Shown piece after piece: positions 36,573 to 47,382 of a stretch of 64,000 nt of DNA. This DNA comes from an uncultured Aquiluna sp. Its GTDB lineage: Bacteria; Actinomycetota; Actinomycetes; Actinomycetales; Microbacteriaceae. Both the position numbers and the translations under genes were made by a program. The stretch is from NCBI GenBank assembly GCA_913775595.1, contig CAJYLB010000001.1:806001-870000 (forward strand). Direction: 5' to 3'. Positions within the stretch are counted from its first letter, which is position 1. Each line of letters begins with the position of its first letter. The notes beneath the pieces were generated by a model. The model was not told where the DNA came from. It worked only from the letters and a program-made list of their open reading frames with translations, and did not search any database.

Positions 36573-37886
36573 ATGCCCTCCAGCCTCAGTATTACGGCTG
36601 CCACGGCAGAACCAGCACTCCTGGATCTGCCGTGGCATTTGCCGTTAGAGGCATGGCCGCAAGAGACAATCGCGGCTCTTCCCAAGGGTCTATCTCGCCA
36701 CACGGTCCGCTTCGCACACCTTGGCGACCACGTCATAGCCATCAAAGAAACTTTGCTTGACCTCGCAAAGCGCGAGTATGAAGTTCTAAAGAGGCTAGAA
36801 AAACTAGACGTGCCTTGCGTAGAGCCATTTGCAATCATCTCTAACCGCAAGGACTTAGAGGGCAATGATCTTCCCGCGGTGCTCATCACGCGGCATCTAA
36901 AGTTTTCGCTTCCCTACAGAGCAATGTGGTCGCAGGGACTCAGAGATCAAACTGCAAACAGACTGGTGGATGCTCTCGCGCTGCTGTTAGTCAGACTCCA
37001 CCTCGCCGGCTTTTTCTGGGGAGATGTGTCTTTATCAAACACGCTGTTTAGACGAGATGCAGGGCGCTTTGCCGCCTATCTAGTCGATGCGGAAACGGGC
37101 CAGCTATTTGAGGGTCGGCTCTCAAATGGCCAGCGGGAAAATGACCTCGAGATAGCGCGGGTGAACATCGCAGGAGAGCTAATGGACCTGCTTGCCTCAG
37201 GCAAGGCAACCGATATTGAGCCAAATGCGGTGAGCCAGCGAATCGTCGACAAGTACCACGAGCTCTGGAAGGAGTTAACGGCAACCGAGGTATTCGACGA
37301 GTCTGAGCGTTGGCGGATTTCCAAACGCGTCAAGAAGCTCAACGAGCTTGGCTTCGATATTGAGGAGCTGAGCATAGTCAAAGATGACGAGGGCCACACC
37401 GTCAAGATTCAACCCAAGGTGGTTGACGCCGGTCACCACGCAAGACGCCTACTGCTACTAACTGGCTTGGATGTTGAAGAGAACCAGGCTCGAAGGCTTC
37501 TAAACGACATCGATCAATACCGGCTAGCAAACGCCAGGCCAGGCGCAGACGAGGAGGTCATGGCTCACGAGTGGCTCTCAAACGTCTACGAACCTGTGAT
37601 TGGTTCGATTCCGACCGAGTTCACGGGGCGCCTAGAACCCGCTGAACTATTTCACGAGGTGCTGGAGCACCGCTGGTACATCTCGGAGGAAAAGGGAGCC
37701 GATGTGCCGCTTGTTGAGGCTGTGAGGAGCTATGTGTCGGAGGTGCTCTCGAAGCGTCGCGATGAGGCCACCTACCTTGGCACCACAACCTTGACTGAGG
37801 ATCTCAACCTTATTGAACCAGTCCCCACGGGACTGATAGTTGTAGCCGACGATGATGAAGAAGGCGACTGGCGCGACAAGGTCTAA
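36573..37886 (+). CDS. DUF4032 protein with kinase-like N-terminal fold
   Basis: FFWGDVSLSNTLF, LVDAETG, FHEVLEHRWY. Confidence 0.8.
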   Translation: MPSSLSITAATAEPALLDLPWHLPLEAWPQETIAALPKGLSRHTVRFAHLGDHVIAIKETLLDLAKREYEVLKRLEKLDVPCVEPFAIISNRKDLEGNDLPAVLITRHLKFSLPYRAMWSQGLRDQTANRLVDALALLLVRLHLAGFFWGDVSLSNTLFRRDAGRFAAYLVDAETGQLFEGRLSNGQRENDLEIARVNIAGELMDLLASGKATDIEPNAVSQRIVDKYHELWKELTATEVFDESERWRISKRVKKLNELGFDIEELSIVKDDEGHTVKIQPKVVDAGHHARRLLLLTGLDVEENQARRLLNDIDQYRLANARPGADEEVMAHEWLSNVYEPVIGSIPTEFTGRLEPAELFHEVLEHRWYISEEKGADVPLVEAVRSYVSEVLSKRRDEATYLGTTTLTEDLNLIEPVPTGLIVVADDDEEGDWRDKV

Positions 37887-37889
37887 GAG

Positions 37890-38849
37890 TTATCTATTTG
37901 CAGCAATCTGATAAAGCGCAACCGAGGCTGCAATTCCAGCATTGAGTGACTCGGTGTCACTTGAGATTGGGATGCTCACAACCTGGTCGCAGTTCTCCTG
38001 GACCAATCTCGACAGCCCTTTGCCCTCGGATCCGACAATAACGAGAAGCGGCTTATCGTTTAGGTCAAAGTCCGGAAGCATCACATCGCCATCGGCGTCG
38101 AGCCCGACCACAAACAATCCTCTGCGCTGATACTCCTTGATTACTTGGTTCAAATTTGAAGCAAGAGCCACTGGAATCCTCGCGGCTGCTCCCGCGGATG
38201 TTTTCCAGGCCGAAGCCGTCACTCCAACACTTCTTCGCTGCGGCAGCACAATCCCGTGGGCGCCGAAGGCCGCGACAGAACGAATGATTGCCCCTAGGTT
38301 TCGCGGATCGGTAATGCCATCGAGCGCTACCAAGAGCGGCAGCTGGCTCTTCGACAGAGCCCGATCCAGTAGCTCATTTGGATCCACGTATTTATAAGGC
38401 GGGACCTGGAGCGCGATGCCTTGGTGAACAAAGTCACCTCCGGTCATCCTGTCTATCTCCGCCCTCGTGACTTCACTGACTGCGATCCCTCGGTGGTTTG
38501 CAAGGGCAATGGCCTCGCGCATGCGATCGTCCATTTCAACTCGCTGAGCAACATAAAGTGCGGTTGCCGGAATACGAGCTCTCAGTGCCTCAACCACCGC
38601 GTTGCGGCCCGAGAGGACTTCAGCTCCCCCGGCTTTTGCGGTTCCCCTCGAGCTCGCTACAAACTTCCCCTTTTTAGGCTTGGTGTTTTTCTCTGCGGCC
38701 TTGGCTGCGCGATAGGCCTTGTGATATGGGCGGTCCTCAGCCTTTGGCGTTGGGCCCCTTCCCTCCAGTGCCTTGCGGCCGTGTCCGCCGGTTCCCTTAG
38801 TTGGGCCCTTTTTCCCCTTAGCCGCTCCCGGCCTGCCCTGTTTTGCCAT
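37890..38849 (-). CDS. rlmB: 23S rRNA G2251 2'-O-methyltransferase
   Basis: DPRNLGAI, GSEGKG, ESLNAGIA (SpoU). Confidence 0.93.
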   Translation of the reverse strand: MAKQGRPGAAKGKKGPTKGTGGHGRKALEGRGPTPKAEDRPYHKAYRAAKAAEKNTKPKKGKFVASSRGTAKAGGAEVLSGRNAVVEALRARIPATALYVAQRVEMDDRMREAIALANHRGIAVSEVTRAEIDRMTGGDFVHQGIALQVPPYKYVDPNELLDRALSKSQLPLLVALDGITDPRNLGAIIRSVAAFGAHGIVLPQRRSVGVTASAWKTSAGAAARIPVALASNLNQVIKEYQRRGLFVVGLDADGDVMLPDFDLNDKPLLVIVGSEGKGLSRLVQENCDQVVSIPISSDTESLNAGIAASVALYQIAANR

Positions 38850-40243
38850 TAGCTCAGGCTCCAGTGGGTTCCGCTTGTGCCGTCAGAGAGCTCGATGCCT
38901 GCCTTATCAAGCTGATCCCTAATCTCATCGGCGGCCTCGTAGTCCTTGTTCTCTCTCGCCTGATCGCGACGAGCAATGAGGGCTGCAATCAACTTGTCGA
39001 GGGCAACATGCTCCTCGGACGCTCCGCTTGACCACTGGCTTGGCGCTAGGCCGAGAAGCTCTAGCATCTTGGCAACCTGGTCGCGGTGCTTGGCAGCCTC
39101 GCGAAGCTGCTGTTCATCAAGCTCGGTATTGCCGCTTGTTACCGCGTCGTGGATTACCGCGAGCGCCGCCGGGATATTGAGATCGTCATTCATCTCATCC
39201 ACAAACTCGCTGGGTAGCTCAGGACTCTCATCGAGCTGAGCAAACTGAGTCTCCCCCAGCTCCCGCTCGCAGCGCTCTAGAAAGCCGTGAAGCCGCTCCA
39301 GGGCACTTTCAGCTTCCTCTAGCACTGATGGCTGGAAGTCAAGAACGGAGCGATAGTGAGCGGTGCTGAGGTAGTAACGGATGACCACCGGCTCAGCCAT
39401 CTCGAACAGATCCTTTGAGTAGACGGAGTTGCCCAATGACTTTGACATCTTCTGGCCAGCCACGTTTACAAGCCCATTGTGGATCCAGTAGTTGGCGAAA
39501 CCGTCTCCAGCTGCGAGCGATTGTGCCAATTCGTTCTCATGGTGTGGGAAGCGCAGGTCTAGACCACCACCGTGAATGTCAAATTTGCTTCCCAAGAAGT
39601 GCGTGGACATTGCCGAGCACTCAATGTGCCAACCGGGTCTTCCTTTGCCCCATGGGGAATCCCAACTTGCTGAAGCCGGCTCATCTGACTTAGTTGCCTT
39701 CCAGAGCGCAAAGTCCTGGGTGTTTCTCTTATCACCCTTGTCACCCTCTGACTCCATGTCATCTGGGGATTGGTGGGTCAGTTCTCCGTAGGTGGGCCAG
39801 CTGAGAGTATCGAAATACACGTTTGCAGAACCCTCTGCCTGGTAGGCATGGCCCGACTCTATGAGCTTTGAGATAAGGCTTATCATCTGCGGAATGTGCC
39901 CGGTGGCTCTGGGCTCGCCAGAGGGCAACCTTATGGCCAAGGCCCGGTAGTCTGCCGCGAAGATGTTCTCATTTGCGTGAGCCAACTCCCACCAGTTCAC
40001 ACCGGTCTCTGCTGCCTTTTCCAGGACCTTGTCGTCGATGTCAGTGACGTTTCTGATCAACGTGACCTTATTGCCGAGGTGCTCTAGCCACCTAGTCAGC
40101 AGGTCATAAACCAGGGCGGAGCGCAGGTGTCCGATGTGAGGCTCGGACTGTACCGTTGGCCCGCACACGTATATACCGACCTCGCCCTTTGTGATTGGGA
40201 CAAAGTCTCTAAGCTCAGCAGCTTTGGTGTCATAGAGCTTCAT
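38849..40243 (-). CDS. cysS: cysteine--tRNA ligase
   Basis: CGPTVQ..HIGH, PGWHIECS, KMSKS. Confidence 0.97.
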   Translation of the reverse strand: MKLYDTKAAELRDFVPITKGEVGIYVCGPTVQSEPHIGHLRSALVYDLLTRWLEHLGNKVTLIRNVTDIDDKVLEKAAETGVNWWELAHANENIFAADYRALAIRLPSGEPRATGHIPQMISLISKLIESGHAYQAEGSANVYFDTLSWPTYGELTHQSPDDMESEGDKGDKRNTQDFALWKATKSDEPASASWDSPWGKGRPGWHIECSAMSTHFLGSKFDIHGGGLDLRFPHHENELAQSLAAGDGFANYWIHNGLVNVAGQKMSKSLGNSVYSKDLFEMAEPVVIRYYLSTAHYRSVLDFQPSVLEEAESALERLHGFLERCERELGETQFAQLDESPELPSEFVDEMNDDLNIPAALAVIHDAVTSGNTELDEQQLREAAKHRDQVAKMLELLGLAPSQWSSGASEEHVALDKLIAALIARRDQARENKDYEAADEIRDQLDKAGIELSDGTSGTHWSLS

Positions 40244-40253
40244 TGTCAAAAGC

Positions 40254-41372
40254 CTAGCTACGGCTTTGAACCAGGGCCGTTGCCACGGCCGCAACGCCAC
40301 GAGAATCCGAGAGGAAGCCAAGGCCGTCTGTGGTTGTGGCGAGAACCGAAACTGGAGCTCCAACAACCTCTGTCAGATGATGCTCGAGCTCGTGCCGGCG
40401 AGGACCAATCTTTGGCTCTTCCGCAACGATTTGGACGGCAACATTGGCAGGCTCATAGCCAGCATTTGCCAGCATCTTCAGAGTCTCTCCAATAAACAGC
40501 TCTCCCGAAGCCCCCGCATACTCCTGACGGCTGGTACCAAAGTTTGAACCGATGTCACCCAATGCCGCGGCGGATAGCAGTGCATCGACAATTGCGTGTG
40601 CTACCGAGTCTCCGTCCGAATGTCCGGCAAGCGCTGGGTAGCCCTCCCACTCCATGCAGCCGAGCATGAGCTTTCCACCCTCACCGAATTGGTGGGCGTC
40701 AACGCCAATACCGCTTCTGACGTCGGTGAAGATTGCTCTAGCCCGCTCCAGATCGCTTGGGGTTGTGACCTTGAAGCCATGCTCATGACCCAAAACAATT
40801 GCGGTTTTGATTCCCTGGGACTCCAGGAGTCCTGCTTCATCGGTGAAGTCACCGGTTGCGTTCTCGAAACCTTTGCGAAGGGTGTCTACGCGGAATCCCT
40901 GCGGGGTCTGCACCATGCGCAGTGTGCTGCGATCGATGGTTCGCTCTACCCAGTCGCTCGAGACCTGCTTCACCGTATCGGCTGGGTTCATTGCCGGCAC
41001 AACGCACTCTGCAAAGCCGAGGGCTGCATGCACCCGGTCAAAGACCTCTTTAGGGGTAAATGCACGAGCTGCATCGTGAACCAGTACCAGGTCCGTCTTC
41101 ACCTCTGCCATGCCATGCGACACCGACTGCTGCCTGGTCTCGCCGCCAACCACTACTTTGAACTCATCAAAGAACTTGGCCGTCAGCCTGGTGAACTCCC
41201 CAAGCAGCTCCTCGGGAGCGACAACGACAAGCTGGTCGGGCTTGAACTCAGAGATGTGCATGAGCGAGAGCTCGAGCAAAGACTTTCCGGCAACGTTGAT
41301 TGCCGCTTTTGGCTGGCCGGCTCCGAGTCTCTTACCCTTACCGGCGGCGACCAGCACCACCGCAACAGACAT
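40254..41372 (-). CDS. ispDF: bifunctional IspD/IspF
   Basis: AAGKGKRLG..PK, VHDAAR, GIGVDAH, GHSDGD. Confidence 0.93.
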   Translation of the reverse strand: MSVAVVLVAAGKGKRLGAGQPKAAINVAGKSLLELSLMHISEFKPDQLVVVAPEELLGEFTRLTAKFFDEFKVVVGGETRQQSVSHGMAEVKTDLVLVHDAARAFTPKEVFDRVHAALGFAECVVPAMNPADTVKQVSSDWVERTIDRSTLRMVQTPQGFRVDTLRKGFENATGDFTDEAGLLESQGIKTAIVLGHEHGFKVTTPSDLERARAIFTDVRSGIGVDAHQFGEGGKLMLGCMEWEGYPALAGHSDGDSVAHAIVDALLSAAALGDIGSNFGTSRQEYAGASGELFIGETLKMLANAGYEPANVAVQIVAEEPKIGPRRHELEHHLTEVVGAPVSVLATTTDGLGFLSDSRGVAAVATALVQSRS

Positions 41373-41374
41373 GG

Positions 41375-41857
41375 CTAGCTAGCCAGAACCTTGTCTAGCT
41401 CGGCCGAGGCTTTCTCCTCATCGACTTTTCTCGCTAGCGCAAGCTCGGAGATGAGAATCTGCCTTGCCTTGGCAAGCATGCGCTTTTCACCTGCGGAGAG
41501 ACCGCGATCCTGGTCCCTGCGCCAGAGATCGCGAACGACCTCGGAAACCTTGACAACATCGCCGGAGGCCAACTTCTCAAGGTTTGCCTTGTAACGACGT
41601 GACCAGTTGGTTGGCTCCTCGACAAACTCAGCCCTCAGCACGTCAAACACCTGCTTGACTCCCTTGCGGTCGATGACGTCGCGAACACCCACCATCTCAA
41701 CGTTTGCAGCAGGAACCTGAATGATCAGGTCTCCTTGTGCGACACGGAGTTTTAGGTACTTCTGCTTCTCACCACGAATCTTCTTATCAGAAACCTCGAT
41801 GATTTCTGCGGCTCCGTGGTGGGGATAGACGACAGTTTCGCCAACTTCAAACTTCAT
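41375..41857 (-). CDS. carD: CarD transcription factor
   Basis: [21 protein letters not shown]. Confidence 0.96.
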   Translation of the reverse strand: MKFEVGETVVYPHHGAAEIIEVSDKKIRGEKQKYLKLRVAQGDLIIQVPAANVEMVGVRDVIDRKGVKQVFDVLRAEFVEEPTNWSRRYKANLEKLASGDVVKVSEVVRDLWRRDQDRGLSAGEKRMLAKARQILISELALARKVDEEKASAELDKVLAS

Positions 41858-41949
41858 AAACAGCTTTCGGCTCTCAAAACTCCGATTTTACCACAGTTAG
41901 CCCAGTTTCCCTAGGGTAAACTGGGGTGGTTTAGGGGCCTGGAGGACCA

Positions 41950-42414
41950 TTGAAAGCCAAGAAATCTATTGCACTCATTGCCGCGATCGCAACCGTATTC
42001 GCCCTTGCTGGCTGCTCGCTGAGCCGAGAGGTTGCATCTTTAGATCCCTATGCCCCAAGCGATGGCGTTCAGATAGACACCGATGAGCTGAAGGCTCGAA
42101 ACGTCATGTTCGTCGTCGATGAAGAGGGTAATGCGGTGCTGATCGGCTCCTTCATCAACCCCGGCCAGAGTGCTGTGTCTGCGACGCTGGAAACCATGGA
42201 TTCAAACGGCACGGTAATCATGACCGAGATGACCGTTGATGCTGGAGCGAAGTTTGACCTCGGCTACAACGGCACCGAGGGTAAGTATCTTTACCTGACC
42301 GAAACCCCAGGCTCAATGCACCCTGTCTACATGCGGGTTACCGGTGACCCAACGAGGATGCTGGTTCCAATCCTGGACGGCTCCCTAGAGGAATACCGCG
42401 GCTTTATCGACTAG
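41950..42414 (+). CDS. lipoprotein (LpqE-like position)
   Basis: lipobox LAGC; YAPSDG. Confidence 0.75.
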   Translation: MKAKKSIALIAAIATVFALAGCSLSREVASLDPYAPSDGVQIDTDELKARNVMFVVDEEGNAVLIGSFINPGQSAVSATLETMDSNGTVIMTEMTVDAGAKFDLGYNGTEGKYLYLTETPGSMHPVYMRVTGDPTRMLVPILDGSLEEYRGFID

Positions 42415-43091
42415 ACCTCGAACTTGTAGCCAAGTCCTCGAACAGTCAGAAGATGTCTCGGGCGCGAAGGGTCATCCTCAATCTTTGACCTGACCCTCTT
42501 CACATGGACATCAAGTGTCTTAGTGTCGCCGAAGTAGTTTGAGCCCCAGACCCTGTCAATGATTTGGCCCCTGGTCAGAACACGATTGACGTTTTCCATC
42601 AAGAGCTCAAGAAGCTCGAACTCCTTCAGGGGCATTTGAATCTTCTCGCCGTGGACGCTGACGGTGTGGCGATCGAGGTCCATAACCACAGGACCCGCTT
42701 TCAAGACTCCACTGTCACCCTGCACCGGCTCTGCGCCACGACGCAGCACCGCCTTCATTCGGGCTAGCAGCTCGCGGGTGGAATAGGGCTTGGTCACGTA
42801 GTCATCTGCACCTATTTCTAGACCAACCACCTTGTCTATCTCGGTGTCCTTGGCGGTCAACATGATTATCGGTACCTGGCTCTCTGCTCGAATCACCCTG
42901 CACACCTCGTTGCCCGATAGACCGGGAAGCATGAGATCCAAGAGGATTAGGTCCGCACCAAGAGAATTGAAGTTCTCGATCGCGCTATTGCCATCTTCCG
43001 CCTCAATCACGTCGTAGCCCTCTTTTTGGAGGAGGTATACGAGAGGTTCGCGAAGGTTCTTCTCATCCTCGACAACTAGGACTCGGGTCAT
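42411..43091 (-). CDS. regX3: response regulator RegX3
   Basis: DTKTLDVHVKR; senX3/phoU context. Confidence 0.9.
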   Translation of the reverse strand: MTRVLVVEDEKNLREPLVYLLQKEGYDVIEAEDGNSAIENFNSLGADLILLDLMLPGLSGNEVCRVIRAESQVPIIMLTAKDTEIDKVVGLEIGADDYVTKPYSTRELLARMKAVLRRGAEPVQGDSGVLKAGPVVMDLDRHTVSVHGEKIQMPLKEFELLELLMENVNRVLTRGQIIDRVWGSNYFGDTKTLDVHVKRVRSKIEDDPSRPRHLLTVRGLGYKFEV

Positions 43092-44149
43092 TAGCTCTCC
43101 TGCTGGTCAATCGGTAGTCGAAGCGTGAAGGTCGAGCCTGTCCCGACCTTTGAAAACAGCTTGACCTCGCCACGGTGGTTGTAGGCGGCGTGCTTGACGA
43201 TGGCAAGCCCGAGGCCGGTGCCGCCGGTCTCGCGAGAGCGAGAGGGGTCAACCCGATAAAAGCGCTCGAAGATGCGCTCCTGCTCGCTCTCGGGGATGCC
43301 AATTCCGGAGTCTGTAACGGCGATCTCGGCTACGGAGTCGACCACGCGAAGCCCAACACCAACCTGGCCCCCAGGCTCTGAGTAGACAATTGCGTTTTCG
43401 ACCAGGTTCTTCACGGCCGTTGTGAGCATTTCGTAGTCGCCGAACATTTTCACCGGTCCGACCGCGCTGGATGCGAGCTTGATGGAGTGCTGCTCAGCGA
43501 GCACCATGTTTCTATCAACGGCGTCAGCAATAACGGTTGCTAGGTCAAGATCGCCGCTTGTTTCAGAGAGCTTTGCGCCCTGAACCCTGGAGAGCTCGAT
43601 GAGCTCCTGAACGATGTTTGCAAGCCGCTGCGACTCTCGCTGCAAAGACTCCGCAAACTTCTGAATGGTTTCTGGGTCGTCCGTGGCACCTGAGATGGCC
43701 TCGGTGAGCAGGCTTATCGCCCCGATCGGTGTCTTGAGTTCGTGGGAAACGTTGGCTACAAAGTCGCGTCTGGTTTCCTCAAGCTTTCGGGAGTCGGTGC
43801 GGTCGTCCACCAAAAGCATTACGTAGCGCTCGCCAAACTTTGCGGCCCTGGCGTGAACCCAAACGGCATCTCGCCTGAGTCCAGTCTCTAGCTCAATGTC
43901 CAACGACACAGCGCCCGATGCCTTCTTGGCATCCTCGGCTAGCTGAACGAGGGCGGCGTGGATGAGCCTTCGATTCTGAACCAAGCCAAATTGAACTGCA
44001 CCGGGCGAAGCCCTGACAACCTGATTTTGCTGATCTAAGACAACGCCAGCAGTGGCAATTACGTCCACAACCTGAGCCGCCACAACCTCGAATGCGTCAA
44101 ACTCAGTTTCGGCATTGCGCTCTGCACGCTTGGATGCCAAAAAGCCCAA
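43091..44149 (-). CDS. senX3: sensor histidine kinase SenX3
   Basis: RRDFVANVSHELKTP, FERFYRVDPSRSR; TTG start after GGGAG (tentative). Confidence 0.88.
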   Translation of the reverse strand: MGFLASKRAERNAETEFDAFEVVAAQVVDVIATAGVVLDQQNQVVRASPGAVQFGLVQNRRLIHAALVQLAEDAKKASGAVSLDIELETGLRRDAVWVHARAAKFGERYVMLLVDDRTDSRKLEETRRDFVANVSHELKTPIGAISLLTEAISGATDDPETIQKFAESLQRESQRLANIVQELIELSRVQGAKLSETSGDLDLATVIADAVDRNMVLAEQHSIKLASSAVGPVKMFGDYEMLTTAVKNLVENAIVYSEPGGQVGVGLRVVDSVAEIAVTDSGIGIPESEQERIFERFYRVDPSRSRETGGTGLGLAIVKHAAYNHRGEVKLFSKVGTGSTFTLRLPIDQQES

Positions 44150-44316
44150 TTTTGCTCCCTGTCTGGCGTAGTTCACTAGGTAAACAACTACTTGTTACAA
44201 GGTTAGGAGTAAATTGGGGTCATCATCGGTCAGTTTTCCGCTGGTTTGAATGGAATTAAGCCAATGTTTCATTGGTGCTGGTTGGCTTTGAGCCACGAGG
44301 CAAGGAGATTTATTTG

Positions 44317-44955
44317 ATGCGCGTAGTTTTCCAACAGGAGCTTTCCGAGGTTCAATCGAGGCTCGTCGAGCTCGCCGGTGGCGCAAAGACCATCATGCAG
44401 AAGGCCTCTGGAGCCTTTCTAAACTCTGATGTCTCTTTAGCAGACGAGGCTCTTGCTCTTGCCGACAGCCACGAGGAGAAGGCCCTCGACCTGGACGAGC
44501 TCGTAATCAAGATTCTTGCCACCCAGTCGCCAGTCGCTAAGGATTTGAGGATTGTGGTTTCAGCTCTGCGCATGAGCGCAAGCCTGGAGCGCATGGGATC
44601 TCTTGCCTCTCACATCGCGGCCATTGCCCGCTACCGCTACCCGGGAACAGCAATTCCTGAGGCACTGCGCGGAACCTTTGAGGAAATGAGCAAGCTGGAT
44701 GTCGAGCTAGCCGAAAAGGCAGTGGAGCTACTCAAGAACACCGACTTGGACCTCGCGAGAGAGATTCAGGCTCAGGACGAAGCGGTTGACCTTCTTCACC
44801 GAAGAGTCTTCGACACAGTACTGGCACCCGACTGGTCAGAGAATGCCATGTTCACAGTTGATGTGACTTTGGCCTCGCGCTACTTCGAGCGCTTCGCAGA
44901 TCACGTCGTGGACATCAGCGCCAAGGTCAGCTTTTTGCAGACCGGCGAGTGGTAA
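44317..44955 (+). CDS. phoU: phosphate signalling protein PhoU
   Basis: PVAKDLR, LERMG, RYFERFADH. Confidence 0.95.
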   Translation: MRVVFQQELSEVQSRLVELAGGAKTIMQKASGAFLNSDVSLADEALALADSHEEKALDLDELVIKILATQSPVAKDLRIVVSALRMSASLERMGSLASHIAAIARYRYPGTAIPEALRGTFEEMSKLDVELAEKAVELLKNTDLDLAREIQAQDEAVDLLHRRVFDTVLAPDWSENAMFTVDVTLASRYFERFADHVVDISAKVSFLQTGEW

Positions 44956-44958
44956 AAG

Positions 44959-45702
44959 CTACTTCTTACCCTGGCTAGCAACCGCTGCAGCACCAGCGGC
45001 AGCTGCCTCCGGATCTAGATACTCTCCACCCTTGACAATTGGCTTGAGATTCGCATCTAGCTTGTAGTGGAGCGGAATTCCGGTTGGTATGTTTAGCTCG
45101 GCGATCTCGTCATCGCCAATGTCGTCAAGGTGCTTCACAAGAGCCCTAAGCGAATTGCCGTGAGCCGTGATCAAAACTGTCTTCTCCGCTCTGAGCTCCT
45201 CCGAGATGTCGCTGTGCCAGTAGGGCAACATGCGAACCAGCACGTCCTTTAGGCACTCGGTTCTAGGAAGTGCGCTTCCAAGCCCCGCGTATCGCTCATC
45301 GCTCGCCTGCGAATACTCAGCGTCATCGGCAATCTCGGGTGGCGGGGTGTCATAGCTGCGCCTCCAGATTTGGAACTGCTCTGGACCAAACTTTTCAAGC
45401 GTCTCGGCCTTGTCTAGGCCCTGCAGGGCGCCGTAGTGGCGTTCGTTGAGTCTCCAGGAGCGCTTCGTGGGAATCCAGTTGCGGTCAATCTGGTCCAGTG
45501 CGATGTGGGCGGTGTTGATGGCCCGCTTCAGCACTGAAGTGAATAGTACGTCCGGCTTCAGGCCAGAAGAGCCGAGCAGCTCTCCCGCGCGCTTCGCCTC
45601 CTCTCGTCCCTGGTCGCTGAGGTCGACATCGACCCAACCGGTGAAGAGGTTCTTTTGGTTCCAGAGAGAGTTGCCGTGACGAAGAAGTACGAGATTGAAC
45701 AT
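44959..45702 (-). CDS. gpmA: 2,3-bisphosphoglycerate-dependent phosphoglycerate mutase
   Basis: [27 protein letters not shown]. Confidence 0.96.
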   Translation of the reverse strand: MFNLVLLRHGNSLWNQKNLFTGWVDVDLSDQGREEAKRAGELLGSSGLKPDVLFTSVLKRAINTAHIALDQIDRNWIPTKRSWRLNERHYGALQGLDKAETLEKFGPEQFQIWRRSYDTPPPEIADDAEYSQASDERYAGLGSALPRTECLKDVLVRMLPYWHSDISEELRAEKTVLITAHGNSLRALVKHLDDIGDDEIAELNIPTGIPLHYKLDANLKPIVKGGEYLDPEAAAAGAAAVASQGKK

Positions 45703-45712
45703 GTCAGAGAGC

Positions 45713-46672
45713 TTACTTGCCAGAGAGTTTGAAGGCTGATGGCCTCGGGAGATTTGCAGCCTTGCCGGCATCTGCCGGCACCAACACCTGCTGCGAGGCG
45801 GCATAGACACTTTCTCCCGAGTGAACCGAGAGATCCAGGTATGGCGTATTTCGGTTCAGCAGCACCAGCGCAATTGAGCCAAGTTCAAAATGCAGTGCGC
45901 CGGAAATGACCTTGCCGACTTTCTTGTCTTGGTAGTAGATCTCGTCATCTTTTCCACAATGAGCATCTCCGTGCTCGAGGTGCAAAATTGCAAGGCGCCT
46001 TGGCGGGTGCCCGAGGTTGTGTACCTTGGCAACGCTCTCCTGTCCCCGGTAGCAACCCTTAGTCAGGTGCACTGCAGAGGCGAGCCAGTCAAACTCGTGA
46101 GGCAGTGATCTCTCGTCAACATCAAGTATCTCTGGCCTGCCGGCTGCTATCCGAAGAGCTTGATAGGCCATCAGTCCAGCTTCCTCAAGTGCCGGAGGCT
46201 CATCAGCAATAATCTCTCGATAGGGAAAATCTGCGCGAGTATCTGCGTAACTAACAGAGCTCTTCGGCTCGAAAGAAAAACCATCCACCCAGACTGTGCC
46301 CGCAGCCTCAGAAAAGACTCCGAAGACCTTTAGCTCGGTTTCTGCAACCTCAACCTTTGCTCGGAAACGCATCTTGCTCAGCCAATCAACGAGTCCAGCC
46401 GAGCGTTCCCTGTTGGTTATTACCAGCAGCTTGTCACCTGCGTTGATGACCTTGAGCTGGTGCTCAATGTGGCCTTGGGGGTTCAAGAGCAGTGCCTCGG
46501 TGCTGGCGGCCTCAGCGAGGTTCATAATGTCTTGCGACACAAGTGCATGGAGCCAGCTCGCTCGCTCCTCGCCAGCAATAGATAGCACCACCTCATCGGT
46601 GCGCTCGACAAAAGCTTCGCCCGCTAGAAGCCTCCGTTGCTCCAGAAGCGGATTGCCAAAGTGCTCAGGCAT
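45713..46672 (-). CDS. ygfZ: YgfZ/GcvT folate-binding protein
   Basis: KGCYRGQE signature. Confidence 0.92.
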   Translation of the reverse strand: MPEHFGNPLLEQRRLLAGEAFVERTDEVVLSIAGEERASWLHALVSQDIMNLAEAASTEALLLNPQGHIEHQLKVINAGDKLLVITNRERSAGLVDWLSKMRFRAKVEVAETELKVFGVFSEAAGTVWVDGFSFEPKSSVSYADTRADFPYREIIADEPPALEEAGLMAYQALRIAAGRPEILDVDERSLPHEFDWLASAVHLTKGCYRGQESVAKVHNLGHPPRRLAILHLEHGDAHCGKDDEIYYQDKKVGKVISGALHFELGSIALVLLNRNTPYLDLSVHSGESVYAASQQVLVPADAGKAANLPRPSAFKLSGK

Positions 46673-47261
46673 CGACTCTTTCCAGCCTTGCTGAGGCATG
46701 AGACTTGAGCGGGCTGCCAAGCGCCGCCATGTCCCAGGCCCAGAGCAGCGCCCCATCAACCAGTCCAAGCATGCGGTGAGCGGAGGAATACTCCTTTGCG
46801 TTTGGTGAGCGGAGCACGGCATCGGTTGCAATATCTACCCTCGCGCCTTTGATTTGGCCGAAGTAGAGCTCCGCAACACCTCCCGGGTGGATAATCAGGG
46901 CCTCAATGTCGAAACCACCTGACTTGTTTCGCCAGAGCTCTAGATCTTCGCGCACGGTTATGGCGCTCTCTCCGGTTGCAGGTAGGAGGCCTGGTCCGGC
47001 ATCAGACTCATTCGAGGGTCTCGAGATCATCCAGTAGCCGCGCTCTGATGAAATCTCCTTGCCGGACTCATCTCTAACTACAGCCGAATACTCGAGCCTA
47101 CCGGTGGTGAGAGGGGTGAAACTCAGCTCCTGAAAAAACTCAATCTCTTTTGGCTCGGCCTCGCCAACAGGGTAGGAAACTACGCCCGAACCCTTCCAAG
47201 AGCCGATGAGAAAGGCAAATGGAGTTAGCTCGATTGGGAGATCATCCGGAAGGACGAACAA
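46665..47261 (-). CDS. FABP-like/nitrobindin (DUF1794) protein
   Basis: LIGSWKGSG, ERGYW, LKSHASARL. Confidence 0.85.
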   Translation of the reverse strand: MFVLPDDLPIELTPFAFLIGSWKGSGVVSYPVGEAEPKEIEFFQELSFTPLTTGRLEYSAVVRDESGKEISSERGYWMISRPSNESDAGPGLLPATGESAITVREDLELWRNKSGGFDIEALIIHPGGVAELYFGQIKGARVDIATDAVLRSPNAKEYSSAHRMLGLVDGALLWAWDMAALGSPLKSHASARLERVDA

Positions 47262-47262
47262 A

Positions 47263-47373
47263 CTAGCGCTGCCCCTTGAAGAGTTTGTAAAGAACAAGTG
47301 CCGAAATACCGGCAATCGCAATAGCGGCGAGGATCAGAAGCCCGGTAAAGACAAGTTCAATTGCAAGCAGCAT
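47263..47373 (-). CDS. 36-aa single-TM small protein (below ORF-track cut-off)
   Basis: MLLAIELVFTGLLILAAIAIAGISALVLYKLFKGQR; fills gap between co-directional genes. Confidence 0.7.
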   Translation of the reverse strand: MLLAIELVFTGLLILAAIAIAGISALVLYKLFKGQR

Positions 47374-47382
47374 GGGGCAATT

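Noticed and set aside
40596..41378. 260-aa plus-strand ORF and similar antisense ORFs across the window
   Set aside because: Shadow frames of well-supported genes (here ispDF), with no motifs.
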